Below are positions 29,135-41,468 of a stretch of 64,000 nucleotides of DNA, one piece after another; position 1 is the first letter of the stretch, and each line of letters starts with the position of its first letter. Source of the DNA: Octopus vulgaris (Eukaryota); contig OX597814.1 of NCBI GenBank assembly GCA_951406725.2, forward strand, positions 185,318,001-185,382,000, read 5' to 3'. Below the pieces are notes generated by a model. That model was not told where the DNA came from, did no database searches, and saw only the letters and a program-made list of their open reading frames with translations. A program made the translations under genes and the position numbers.

Positions 29135-29688
29135 GAGTGAGAGAGCAGTTCATGCCATCAAAGTGACACTGGGGTAAAATATACGAAGCCCAATATACCC
29201 ATCATGACTACCTGTCTGATAAAGGTACACCAGGCACATGCATCACAACCATATGTGCGCGACATGGTGATCTCATATCAAGATAAACAGCACATGACCT
29301 TGCAGGTGGGGCCCAGTTAGAATTTTCTTCTGGTTGAGTAGCCCATCCCGCTCAAACGGTCCCTGAATAAGGGTTGTTTAAGGATGTTGAAAGAACCACC
29401 CATGTTTCCAGAGGTGAATTATTCAAACCCCAAAGAATCCCTCTCAACACATGGCTATGATGCTCCCCCACTACTTCTGCTCGTGATCAGAGATGCACAT
29501 ATCGTCAGCCACTAAGGGACATGCTCAACTGGTTAAGGTCAAACAACTGACAAGCAAATCTGTGGTATTGAGCAGAATATTTGCTGTAGCCCATATTTTA
29601 TACCGAGACAAAACAATGTACATGATAACACTTCCAATCAGTTAAGATCAGAAGCCATGAGAGCCACTGCCTGGTACTGCATCAGGGC

Positions 29689-29690
<2 letters not shown>
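29135..29690. mobile_element. ~555-bp non-coding element embedded in an (ATT)n array
   Basis: Sharp boundaries with (ATT)n on both sides and higher GC than the flanks. The same target is seen for the Dong-like fragment at 58730. Confidence 0.55.
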
Positions 29691-29754
<64 letters not shown>

Positions 29755-31106
29755 CATCATCATCATCATTAGCAGTAATAGCAGCAGTAGCTGTAGCAGT
29801 AGCAGCAGTAGCTTATTCTTGAAACTTAATTTTGGGATTTGTCGTGTTTATCGATTATTCCATCGGCTGAGGCAGGAAAGAAGCGTGAGGCTACTTCAGC
29901 AAAAATATTCGCGAACATATCGAAATACGATTGTTTAATATCACATCAAGACTTGATTAATGTTGGCAAAAGGTTTTAGAAAATGCGTTTGACATTCGTC
30001 TATTCCGTTGTTATGCGCAAAATACATAATATCTGCATCTATTCACGTTCAAAAATTTGATATTTTCATATCTTTTGTATTTCGTGTATTCAACAAATAT
30101 AATCAGGGAAAGCGGCCATTGTTAATGAAGTTTTAGCTTTGATGGGTAAATGGTTTCTTTAATTACACAGCCATTTTCCAGTGAATAACAAATCCATTAT
30201 GTAGGAAGTATGCGATTTTATTCAGTAGGTGATTAGAAAGCCCTTAATTAATAGTGATAGAAGTATCCGAAGGAATTCACTCATTCTGTTCTTTTTTTTT
30301 TTTTTTGTTTTGAAAGTCGTAAATGTCTGTTGCAGACTGTTTTACATCTCTAAGAAAAAGAGATCGAATCTTCAGTGATTATTAGTGGAGGAGGATATGT
30401 GTTATACAATGAGCCAATTGTTTTATAATCGTTTGTCTTTATCCTTCTTTAAATTCCAGATGTATCTGGAGAGTAAAGTACAACTTCCCAAATTTTTTAA
30501 TATATGCTTTTGACGAACATTTTTTAGCATTTTCTCGGGAAGTGAGAAAGTCTTTAAAACGATTCGAGCCTACGCTTTTCGACAGAAAGGAACACCGAAA
30601 TAAACAGGGAAGGAAAATAGAAAAAGGTTTAGTGCCTATCTATATTGCTTATTGTTTCTTACTTATCTGCCAAAAAGAGCTCATATTTCGGAAATAAATC
30701 TATCGTTGAAGACAGAGATATGTTCTAAAAGTTTTCACTTTATTCAGCCACTTAAATCTCGCTATTAATATTGCGATGTCTTCTTCATTTGTAATGAATA
30801 ACTGGTCACGCGAAATTCTGACGTAAGTTTCGATAAGGTTCAACTTCTAATGAAATGTGCATGTTGCACTTCATCTATTGAGTATATCTTCCATGTTTCT
30901 AAACATCAACGATCACGAACATATATGCATGTGTATGCACGTGTATGTAGTTATATATATACGTGTGTATAAAGGTTAATTGAAAGCGCTCACACACCAC
31001 AAAAGAAACTTCTTCCTGATAAAAGATTTCATACCATCTTAGGAAAATAATATTTTTTAAAATCACCTTTACACTTCGAAACTGTATTAATTGTCATAAA
31101 CTTTCA

Positions 31107-31244
<138 letters not shown>

Positions 31245-31668
31245 ATAGATATTTAACAGATAGACAAAGATATCTTGGGCGAACGACTAGTCTGGTTCGT
31301 TAGAACTACTTGCGTCTAAACAGCAACAACGGAAACATACATATATACCATTCTACCTTTCTTTCTTTTTATTTCTCTTTCTCTCTCTCTTCTCTCTCTC
31401 TCTCTTTTATCGTAATAATGTGATAATGATAGTTTCAATGATATATGTAAATGTAAGATCCACGGATCGAGGTGAAGGAAGAAAGACAGCAAATAGTATA
31501 CAATGATAGAGACAGCTATGAAACATATGTAGCCAAATCTACACTCTTTCCGCATCTCTTGTATGTATATATATATATGAGTGTGTGTATACGTATATAT
31601 ATATATAAATATATATAATAGATAGATAGATAGATAGATAGAGACAGACAGATAGATGATACATAGAT

Positions 31669-31730
<62 letters not shown>

Positions 31731-31758
31731 TAACAGATAGATGGATAGATTGATATAT

Positions 31759-31870
<112 letters not shown>

Positions 31871-32104
31871 CATAGAAGAAAACATATGCCAACATATTTA
31901 ACATATTAGCATGTTGAATGAACCAATACATTTTAATCACTTAAACTTCCTTATGTGGTAAGAAGAAAACTCGTAATTTTAATGATTAATTGTTATAATG
32001 AACGACAGGTAGATAATACAGGTATTTGAATCAGTTAAGAATCATAATTAATTAAAGATAAAATACAATGAACAGTGTTGTGTTTGGTAGTATGGTGACA
32101 ACAC

Positions 32105-32142
32105 CGGATACGTTTCGGCATTATCATACCTCATCAGTGAAG
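32105..32142 (-). ncRNA. Hammerhead core with stem II, stem I not evident
   Basis: Minus strand CTGATGA-GGTAT gata ATGCC-GAAA-CG-TA. Confidence 0.55.
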
Positions 32143-33126
32143 CATATTTTAACGAGCACAACTAGACGAAAAATGAATTCGGTTATATAATTGAACTTTT
32201 AATGAATAAACACGTATTGGTATAACTTGAAATATATAGATATTGATAAATACCCAACGGCTTTATCAGCGTAAAAATCAAATTATAAAGTGGATGCTTA
32301 GAATCTTCAGTACATTATTCAACATTTCAATATATATATTTATGAAAATAGAACACTAAACATATTCCCCTACATATCAACATCTCAATCGATTGATATA
32401 TCAAATTGTCAGCATATTAGTCTGTCAACTTACCTATCTTCTAGCGTATCTATTTATCATCTACATCTCAATCTTCCAACATATTAATCTATTAATGTAT
32501 CTGACCTAGTTGACGGAGAGCTGGCAGAATCGTTAGCACGCCGGGCAAAATGCTTACGTTCCATTTTTACGTTCTCACTTCAAATTCCGCCGAGGTCGAC
32601 TTTGCCTTTCACCCTTTCAGGAACGAAAATATAATACCAGTCTAGTACCAGGATCGATGTAATCAACTTATCCCTCTCCTCAGAAATCACTGGCCTTGTG
32701 CAAAAATCTGAAAGCAATATATAGGTAGAGTCGTGGCTGTGTGGTAAGAAAGCTTGCTTTCCAACCACTTGGTTCCGGGTTCAATCCCACTGCATGGCAC
32801 CTTGGACAAGTATCTTCTACTATAGCCCCTACCCGACCAAAACCTTGTGAGTGGATTTGGTAGACGGAAACTGAAAGAAGCCCGTCAAATGTATGTATGT
32901 ATTTATGAGTGTGTATCTTTGTGGTTATGTTTTACACCTATCCCTCACATTCGCTTGACAACCGATGTTGGTGTGTTTACGTACCCGAGACTTAACGTTT
33001 TAGCAAAAGAACCGATAGAAAAGTACTAGGCTTACAAAGAATGAGTCCTGAGGTCGATTTCTTCGACTAAACCTTTTAGTACAGTGCTCCAGCATGGCTG
33101 CAGTCAAATGACTGAAACAGTTAAAA

Positions 33127-33164
<38 letters not shown>

Positions 33165-33493
33165 GCATGTCTGGTATACAAAACAGAAGTAGTATGAAAT
33201 TAGAATAGCCATCTATGAGTCATACATAATGTATATACACTGTTAACAGGCAAATGTAAGTTGGTGTGGTATTTGTCCTGAGATAACATCTCTTACGGGC
33301 ATGCTATGTTTAAAAACACTATGTATAAAGAAAGATGACGAAAACGTCACAACAACTGCAGGCAATAATGCCAGATGTATTTCGGTCTTTCCAGGTCTTG
33401 AGACTGAACCCGAAACTCTGTGGGTGGGAAGTAACCTTCTTACAACAAAGCCACGCCTGCATATATCATATATTATATATAAATATATATATA

Positions 33494-33658
33494 GGCGCAG
33501 GAGTGGCTGTGTGGTAAGTAGCTTGCTAACCAACCACATGGTTCTGGGTTCAGTCCCATTGCGTGGCATCTAGGGCAAGTGTCTTCTGCTATAGCCTCGG
33601 GCCGACCAAAGCCTTGTGAGTGGATTTGGTAGACGGAAACTGAAAGAAGCCTGTCGTA

Positions 33659-33703
<45 letters not shown>

Positions 33704-33911
33704 ATATGTTTGTGTGTCTGTGTTTGTCCCTCTAGCATTGTTTGACAACCGATGCTGGTGTGTTTACGTTCCCGTTACTTAGCGGTTCGGCAAAAGAGTC
33801 CGATATAATAAGTACTGGGCTTACAAAGAATAAGTCCCGGGGTCGATTTGCTCGACTAAAGGCGGTGCTCCAGCATGGCCGCAGTCAAATGACTGAAACA
33901 AGTAAAAGAGT
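33494..33911 (+). mobile_element. tRNA-derived SINE, full length, with internal (TA)n/(TG)n
   Basis: GGCGCAGGAGTGGCTGTGTGGTAAG (A box), GGGTTCAGTCCC (B box), conserved body GTGGATTTGGTAGACGGAAACTGAAAGAAGCC, and tail ...CAAATGACTGAAACAAGTAAAAGAG. Confidence 0.9.
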
Positions 33912-33915
33912 GAGA

Positions 33916-33958
<43 letters not shown>

Positions 33959-34667
33959 TCAATGTACCTTCTAACTTACCAACATATCAATACATTAATG
34001 TATCACTGTTAACACCATCAGTCCATTTACATATATCAATATATCTACATTTCCTTCCTGTCTCATTCCTTTTCTCTTTCCATAATCATCTCACTTTCTC
34101 TGCCTCCTCCTTCAATATCCCTACCCAATCACCAACCCCACCCACTCCACTACACAAGCTTTACTCCCCCACACACACCTCAGCTGCCATCCCTGAAAAG
34201 AAAATTGCTTAACTATCACAAGTTTCCGTTTTCCTCTCCTTTATTCCCTCTTTGTCAATAAATTATCGCTTCAGAAGGGGACACCTATTTCATCAAACCG
34301 CCCACGCAAATGGCTTTTTTTTTTTATTATTCTTTTTGTTGCTTTTTTTAAAATTTGTTATACATCCTTTCATCTGTTTGTTACATCGTGTTCCTCATTC
34401 TGTGCAGCTTCCTGTTGTCATTAAACTCTATTGTTGCCGCTGTTGTTCCTTGAGTGTACCCTTAGATCAGCTTAGGTCGAGCACACCTTTGATTCAAGAT
34501 ACTCCAGCCTTGTATACCAACGACTAATCCAACACTGTACATTTTACCTTCTTTATGTATATATACATCTTTTATCTTTTGTCTTTTACTTTTGTCAGTC
34601 ATTAGGCTGACTGAGCCTTGAATTTTTAGTCGAATAAATGAATCGACCCTAGTACTTCTTTTTCAGT

Positions 34668-34965
34668 GGAGGCACATGGCCTAGTGGTTAGAGCAGCGGA
34701 CTCGTAGTCGAGGGATCGCGGGTTCGAATCTCAGAACGGGTGATGTGTATGTTTATGAGCGAATCACCAAAGCTCCACGCGGCTCCGGCAGAAGGTAATG
34801 GCGAACTTCTGCTGACTCTTTCGCCACAACTTTCTCTCACTCTTTCCTCTTGCATCTTGCAGCTCACCTGCGACGGAACGCTGGTCCGTCGCAGGTGGGG
34901 AACCTATACGCCAAGGAAACCGGGAAAAGGGCCCTTATGAGCCAGGCACGGCTCGAAAAAGAACA
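34668..34965 (+). mobile_element. tRNA-derived SINE (second copy 62372-62668; related 12721-12966 minus)
   Basis: GGAGGCACATGGCCTAGTGGTTAGAGCAGCGGAC..GGGTTCGAATC head followed by a non-tRNA body shared between copies. Confidence 0.88.
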
Positions 34966-35092
34966 AGCCTGGTGCTTATTCAATCGGACTCTTTAGCTGA
35001 ACTTATGGGGATGCAAACACGCCAACACTGGTTGTCAAGCAGTGGGTGAAGGTGAGAGACAGATAAACAGGCACAAAGACGCACACATATAT

Positions 35093-35337
35093 ATTGGGTT
35101 GGTGCATAATTATTACGGCTTTTTTCAACAAATTTTATTCAACAAAAGCAATAACAATATCTAGCAAAATCATCTTTAAATGACGGTCTGACCATCTGCC
35201 AAGCAAATGGGAAGCAGTAATTGAAGCAGATGGTGAATATGCTCCAGAATAATCATTTAAAGATATTTTGGTTACATGTTATTGATTTTGTTGAGTAAAA
35301 TTTGTTGAAGCCGCAATAATTATACACCTACCCAATG
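35093..35337. mobile_element. Mariner-derived MITE with ~90-bp inverted arms
   Basis: ATTGGGTTGGTGCATAATTATTACGGCTT ... AAGCCGCAATAATTATACACCTACCCAAT. The centre encodes LPSKWEAVIEADGEYAPE*, a mariner transposase C-terminus. Confidence 0.8.
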
Positions 35338-35519
35338 GATAGCAAGTTTATTAAAAAGTAAGCAACGTTTTGAACCATGAAGAACTTGTACCGGATTTTT
35401 GCAGAGTTTTGAAAATTCTTTAAATATCTTTTCGTTCTAAGAGGCAACTCAAAGTTTTCTCTGATAATACAGACATAGATTTGACCAAATGCATCAATAA
35501 ATTAACATTGATATTTTTT

Positions 35520-36352
35520 TCACCGTTATTACAAAGCGCGATATTCGGGTAATTTTGCTATTCAACTTCAAAAAGGGACGTGAAGCAGCTGAAACCGTTC
35601 GCGATATCAACGAAACGTTTGGTGAGGAAATGACCAGTGAGGGGTCAGCTCGAATATGGTTTAAACGATTTTGCAGTGGAGACCTAAGCCTTGAAGATAG
35701 TGAGCGTAGAGGACGCCCATCTGTCATCGATGACGGTCAATTAAAGACCGTCATTGAGAAAGACCCACGAAAAACTATTCGAGAACTGGCAAAAGAACTT
35801 CAAGTTAGCCAGAAAACTGCTTGCAACGATTTGCATGCGATCGGAAAATGAAAAAAGCACGACAAATGGGTACCACACGGTTTGAATGAAAATCAGAAAA
35901 TGCGCAGATATGAAATTTGCTCGTCGCTTATTCTCCATAACCAGACCGATCCATTTCTCGACCGAGTTGTAACTTGCGAATTGTAACTTCGCAGTGGTTT
36001 GACTAAAGTAAAGCACTGAAAACCTTCCCTAAACCCGAGCTCTTCAAAAAGAAGGTTATGGTAACTGTTTGGTGGTGTACTGCTGGACTCATCCATTGTA
36101 ACTTCTTAAAACCTGGGAAAACCATTACTACAGAAACGTGTTGCCATAAAATTGCCAAAATGAACGAAAAACTGCTACTCCTCCGTCCCAGAGTAGTTAA
36201 CAGAAGGTGGCCAATCGTTCTTCATGACAATGCTCGACCACACGTTTCACTAATGATGCTCCTGAATTTCGGGGAATTTGACAACAAAGTTCTTCGCCAC
36301 CCAGCTTATTTCTCAGTCCTTTCTTCTCGCGGCTACCACTTTTCCAAACACA
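35520..36352 (+). pseudogene. Mariner (Tc1/mariner) transposase pseudogene, 3'-truncated by a SINE
   Basis: HTH region WFKRFCSGDLSLEDSERRGRP, WVPH motif, VVTCE, MVTVWW, LHDNARPH and HPAY..LS..YH.F motifs, with an in-frame stop at ~35849 and an internal deletion. Confidence 0.95.
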
Positions 36353-36812
36353 TTGATGCTGGTGTGTTTACATCCCGTAACTTAGCGGTTCGGCAAAAGA
36401 AACCGCCTTTCGTCGAGCAAATCGACCCCAGGACTTATTCTTTGTAAGCCTACTACTTATTCTATCAGTCTCTTTTGCCGAACCTCTAAGTTACGGGGAC
36501 GTAAACACACCACCATCGATTGTCAAACGATATTAGGAGGGACAAACACAGACACACAAACATATACACACACACATACATATATATACGACGGGCTTCT
36601 TTTCAGTTTCTGTCTACTAAATCCACTCACAATGCTTTAGTCGGCCCGAGGCTATAGCAGAAGACACTTGCCCGAGATGTCACGCAGTGGGACTGAACCC
36701 AGAACCATGTGGTTCGTAAGCAGCTACTTACCTCACAGCCACTTCTACGCCTATTATGTATGTATACATGTAAATATGTATGTACGTATGTATGCATGTA
36801 AATATATATATG

Positions 36813-36846
<34 letters not shown>

Positions 36847-37087
36847 TGTATGTATGTATGTATGTATGTATGTACGTATGTATGTGTGCATGTATGTATG
36901 TATACATGTATGTATGTATATATGTATGAATATATGTATGTATATATGTAGGTATGTATGTATATATGTATGGATATATGTATGTATATATGTATGTATA
37001 TATGTATGTATGTATATATGTATGTATATATGTATATATGTATGTATGTATGTATGTATATATGTGTGTATATATGTATGTATGTAC

Positions 37088-37118
<31 letters not shown>

Positions 37119-37203
37119 TATCGACAGGTTCTATGCTCCAGTATATTCTTCATCGTCTCCAAGTTCGTATATATCAACGCTTCTATGGTTATATTGCTGA
37201 TGC

Positions 37204-37237
<34 letters not shown>

Positions 37238-37599
37238 AAGATTATACTTATTACTACAACTGATGTTGTTGTTATCTATTTTCCTGTCCAACCTTGCCCG
37301 TTCTGCCTGCACAAATAATTAATAATCTTCCTTCAACATCCATAAAACAAATAATATAGCATTCCATTTTATTTTTTAGCATTTTTTTTTGTTTTTTCTT
37401 GTTTTTTGCTTTCAATTAACCTTAATAACCACCACCACCACCACCGCCACCATCACCATCACCATCAACATTATCATTTCTTCTCCCATCAGCGCTAAAT
37501 TATGATGTTCATCACAATGATCATAATCATTTACTAATGATGATGACAGTGACGATAAAAAGCGTTGATGACATTAATGATAATGCTGCTGATTGCTTC

Positions 37600-37965
37600 T
37601 ATGGTGGTGGTGGTGGTGGGCTGATGGTGCTGGGGCTGGTGGTGCTGGTGAGGCTGGTGGTGCTGATACTGGTGGTGGTGGTGGTGGTGATGGTGGTCTT
37701 GGTGGTGGTGGTGGTGTTGGTGGCAGTGGTAGGGGTGATGATGGTGGTGGTGAGCTGATGGTGCTGGGGCTAGTGGTGCTGGTGCTGGTAAGGCTTGTGG
37801 TGCTGATACTGGTGGTGATACTGGTGGTAGTGATGGTGGTGGACTGATGGTGCTGGGGCTCGTGGTGCTGTTGCTGGGGCTGGTGCTGGTGAGGCTGGTG
37901 GTGCTGATACTGGTGGTGGTGGTGGTGGTGGTGGTGGTGGTGGTGGTGGTGGTGGCGGCGGCGGT
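37600..37965. repeat. (GGT)n-based compound repeat with three higher-order units
   Basis: CTGATGGTGCTGGGGCT.GTGGTGCTG..GAGGCTGGTGGTGCTGATACTGGTGGT recurs at ~37621, 37755 and 37844. Confidence 0.8.
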
Positions 37966-38084
37966 AGTCGTCGTCGTACGCGTGGTGTTGATGGAGCTAG
38001 TGGTGCTAGTGGTGGCCGCGGCGGTGGTGAAACTATAAGTGGTAGCATTTGTGGTTGTTGTAGTGGTGTACTGGTGCTGAGAAT

Positions 38085-38365
38085 ATCTGAGAATATCTGA
38101 AATAAACTCGACTGCTCTCACAAACGACAATGCTAAAATTGAACCCGCCCGTCTCAAAAATTAAGTTAAAAACAGGAAAAATAATCCAGAATCCTTGTCC
38201 GGTACCGGATCGATCCCAAAATCTAATCAGTTCGTACCAGTCACGAGGTCAAACAACCCTGAAAGTTTCAGACGAATCTATTCTGGGGTTCTTGAGATAT
38301 CTTGTCCAAAGACAAACAAAAACGTGTGAAAACAATACCCTGCCTTCGCTATGGCGGAGGTAATA
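38085..38365 (+). mobile_element. Helentron/DINE-1-like non-autonomous element 3' part
   Basis: AAAGTTTCAGACGAATC..TTCTTGAGATATC..GACAAACAAAAC core followed by terminal stem-loop CCTGCCTTCGCTATGGCGGAGG then TAATAA. Confidence 0.5.
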
Positions 38366-38499
38366 ATGGCTTCTCCCATCGAAGACGATGTATGACTGTT
38401 TAGCTTTTACCGAACGACCTGCACAAATGATTTGGTTATAGTGACCAAATGTATATGCCGTACATTAGCTCACTGCCATGTTAAACACTTTTGGAAATG

Positions 38500-39000
38500 G
38501 TCCATGATCTTCGAGCCGAAGATCCTCCATAAGACCTTGAAATAGAAATTGGCAAAATGTGGAACCTTAAGACTAAAACAATACCTGTTGTCATAGCTGC
38601 CCTAGGAATGATAGCAAAAGGGGCTGATTGCTACCTATCTCAGATTCCAGGATATCCAAAAATGGAAGAAATTTTTTAAATAGTGCTCACGGGAATTGCT
38701 CATATCCTACGAAAGAAATGTATATGTAATCCACAAAACATTGTCAACAGAAGTTTTAAATGTCCATAATAGCAAACACATTTTACTGTCATTTTAAGAT
38801 CACAGTATCATCTTATAATCAAGTTATTTATAAAACTAGCTTCTAATTTTCTTAGGATTTGACAGACATTCTTGAGAACAATACTCTGTACAAAACCAAA
38901 AATATGGCACCCTAGTCATAACACCAACTTGAATTTCTAATTTGTTGTCTCTTGAGATCCCTGGGTGAGACTTGGAGTCAGCGTGTACAAATACAAAGCA
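38500..39000 (+). pseudogene. R4/Dong-like non-LTR retrotransposon 3' remnant
   Basis: Translates DLEIEIGKMWNLKTKTIPVVIAALGMIAKG..IVLTGIAHILRK, the C-terminus of a restriction-like endonuclease. Homologous to 58825-58995. Confidence 0.8.
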
Positions 39001-39062
39001 AAAGCCAATCATACGATAATCTTTTAGTAGAAAGGATTATTGTATGATTGGCTTTTGCTTTG
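38994..39062. repeat. ~31-bp-arm hairpin at the 3' end of the LINE remnant
   Basis: CAAAGCAAAAGCCAATCATACGATAATCTTT .. AAAGGATTATTGTATGATTGGCTTTTGCTTTG. Confidence 0.85.
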
Positions 39063-39685
39063 CAAGGCCTGAAATTTGGCGGGAGAGACTAATCGATTAC
39101 ATCGACCTCAGTGTTTCACTGGTACTTAATTTATCGACCCCGAAAAGATAAAAGGCAAAATCGACCTCGGCGGAATTTGAACTCAGAACGAAGCGACAGG
39201 CGAAATACCACTAAGCATTTCGTCCACAGTGCTAACGATTCTGCCAGCTCGCTGCCTTAATCAATCAATAAAATAAGAACCACTGACATATTTAGTCACC
39301 CATCTACACTACTTCTCGTCATACTAAAAACAAAGGCAGTCCTCCATTCATTGCCATCATTCACAGTAATCGTTAATCATCGTCGTTATCATTACCACCA
39401 CCACCACCATCATCATCACCATCATCATCATGATTATCATCAATATATTCTACAAATACCACCATTGTTACTACTACTACTACTACTATCATTACTACTA
39501 ATAATAAAAGAAGAAGAAGAAAAAGAAGAAGAATGATGATGATAATGATGATGATGATGATGACAATAATAATAACAACAACAATAACAATAATAATAAT
39601 AATAATAACAACAATAACAGCAATAATAATAAGAAGAAGAACAACAACAACAACAACAGCAACAGCAACAACAACAACAACAACA

Positions 39686-39746
<61 letters not shown>

Positions 39747-40119
39747 TGATGATGATGATAATTTCACTTATTTGCCACCAGGGAGAATGATGAGGGAGGC
39801 AATATAAAGACAGAAATAAAGTGTAGGGGTTGACAAATAATGAAATGATAAAATAACTAAATAAGTAACAAAAAAATGTAAGTATGCATAGTATACGATT
39901 TCTATCCCTACTGCTTCGATCATTAACCCTTCAACAGTACCCCTTTTGTCCATAAAACAAATTATATATTAAGATAAAGGCATCCACCCGCCTTAGCCAT
40001 CCACCCGGGCATTGTTACCCTTAAAAGCCTGACATGTAAAGGTCACCCAGAATGAAAAATGCCTATTACATATTGTCGTTTTACCCTTCAACATTTTTGG
40101 TTGCTGTTGTTGTTGTTGT

Positions 40120-40172
40120 TTAAGCGGGATGTGCACTCAACCGTAACTGTCTCCAACTGCCATAATGATCAT
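40120..40172 (-). CDS. Candidate alternative last exon (phase 1: DDHYGSWRQLRLSAHPA*)
   Basis: Acceptor ctatcccctctctccaatttgtccacag|AT. Confidence 0.5.
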
Positions 40173-40275
40173 CTGTGGACAAATTGGAGAGAGGGGATAG
40201 AAAGAGAGACAGACAGACAGACAGGGGAGAGGGAGTGTTGCTATGCAATCTACTGAGGTGGCGGAAAGAGAGTAC

Positions 40276-40299
40276 CTTTATTGTGATGAGTGATGTCAT
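40276..40299 (-). CDS. Candidate 24-nt in-frame microexon (phase 1: DDITHHNK)
   Basis: ccccgtacactcctaag|ATGACATCACTCATCACAATAAAG|gtactc, preceded by a long pyrimidine tract. Confidence 0.5.
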
Positions 40300-40427
40300 C
40301 TTAGGAGTGTACGGGGTGGATGGAAAATGAGGAGGAGGAGAGGGAGGAGGAGGAAGAGGAGGAGGAGGAGAGGGAAGGAGGGAGGGAAGAAGAAGAAGAA
40401 AAAGAAGGGGAGGCGGAGGGGGAGGTG

Positions 40428-40468
40428 TTATTCAGTGCTTGATGACTTGATGACTTCGTGGCAAATTT
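40428..40468 (-). CDS. Candidate alternative last exon (phase 1: EICHEVIKSSSTE*)
   Basis: Branch-like gctaac/tctaat, then ctcttgctttaaaatccag|AA. Confidence 0.5.
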
Positions 40469-40535
40469 CTGGATTTTAAAGCAAGAGATTAGAAGGTTAG
40501 CAAATTGAGAGAGACAGACAGACAGACAAACAGAG

Positions 40536-40630
40536 CTACAGCATGGTCGGTGAGGTGGGCGCTGCAGATTTAATATTTTGGAGGTGGATGGAGGAAAGTG
40601 TGCGGCGGAGTAGCGGGTGGGCTGGGGGAT
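40536..40630 (-). CDS. Candidate alternative last exon (phase 1: DPPAHPLLRRTLSSIHLQNIKSAAPTSPTML*)
   Basis: GC-rich unique island with an open phase-1 frame after gatgacag|AT. Pyrimidine tract is weak. Ends in T-M-L, a class I PDZ-ligand-like tail. Confidence 0.5.
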
Positions 40631-40806
40631 CTGTCATCATATGCATTGCAAACAGAATGTGAATGAGTATGTAGGCAACGGGGGTGATAAAAATCTCATG
40701 TGTGAAATGAGATGAGATGAGATGAGATGAGATGAGATGGGAAGAGCTGGGATGGGTTTGGAGAAAAGCAGGACAAATACTCGTTCGTACTAACAAATTT
40801 TGTCAT

Positions 40807-40835
40807 TTAAAATGCCTCCATTGATTTCAAAGAAT
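40807..40835 (-). CDS. Candidate alternative last exon (phase 1: DSLKSMEAF*)
   Basis: Acceptor ccctgaaacctttccag|AT. Confidence 0.35.
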
Positions 40836-41005
40836 CTGGAAAGGTTTCAGGGTTCATTGCCGCTCAGTCGATTATTAATATTTTATTGGTTTGTCTTTTT
40901 GTTTCGTTTCGTTTTGTTTTATTTCGCCAAGTTTTAGCCAGTTCGTTTGTTACTGTCTGTTATTCATATAATGTCAATGGTTTTTTTTTTTATGATTAAA
41001 TAGCT

Positions 41006-41040
41006 TCAGTGTAAAAGAAGGATCCAAGGTGTCACTACTT
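41006..41040 (-). CDS. Candidate alternative last exon (phase 1: EVVTPWILLLH*)
   Basis: Strong acceptor cttctctttgttgctcttgttaacag|AA. Confidence 0.45.
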
Positions 41041-41416
41041 CTGTTAACAAGAGCAACAAAGAGAAGTTTGGATGGAGGAATGTCTAAATATGTTACGTTG
41101 GTATGAGAGAGATGGGTGTTGAATATAGAAGAGCGGAGAAAATTGGAGAGAAAGAAATTAGTCGAATAATTGTCCATTAGACAGTGTATAATTGTAGACA
41201 TGATTGCTCAGATGTGTGTCCCCTCTCCGACGTTATTTCTTCATAACTTTTAGGGAAATTACTATTTTTTTATGAAAATTATCTACAAATACCTTTCAGA
41301 TGCAGTATAAACTGGTTATATCGGAATATATCGCGCAAAAAAAATTATGGGAGGGCAGGCATACTTACTGAAACACATCACATAATGTTTTCGAATTTTC
41401 AGATTTCCTTTTGTAG

Positions 41417-41468
<52 letters not shown>

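Noticed and set aside
34360-34415. Minus-strand EAAQNEEHDVTNR* after acaacag; similar weak candidates near 42370, 47420, 28945 and 8085
   Set aside because: Poor pyrimidine tracts or phase mismatch with the upstream exon.
34668-34740. tRNA-like sequences here and at 42905, 62372 and 33494
   Set aside because: They have A/B boxes but no complete cloverleaf and continue into repeated SINE bodies, so they are SINE heads rather than tRNA genes.
37534-38157. 207-aa Thr/Pro/His-rich ORF resembling a mucin or reflectin-like protein
   Set aside because: It arises from (GGT)n compound repeats open in several frames, and it starts inside a transposon remnant.
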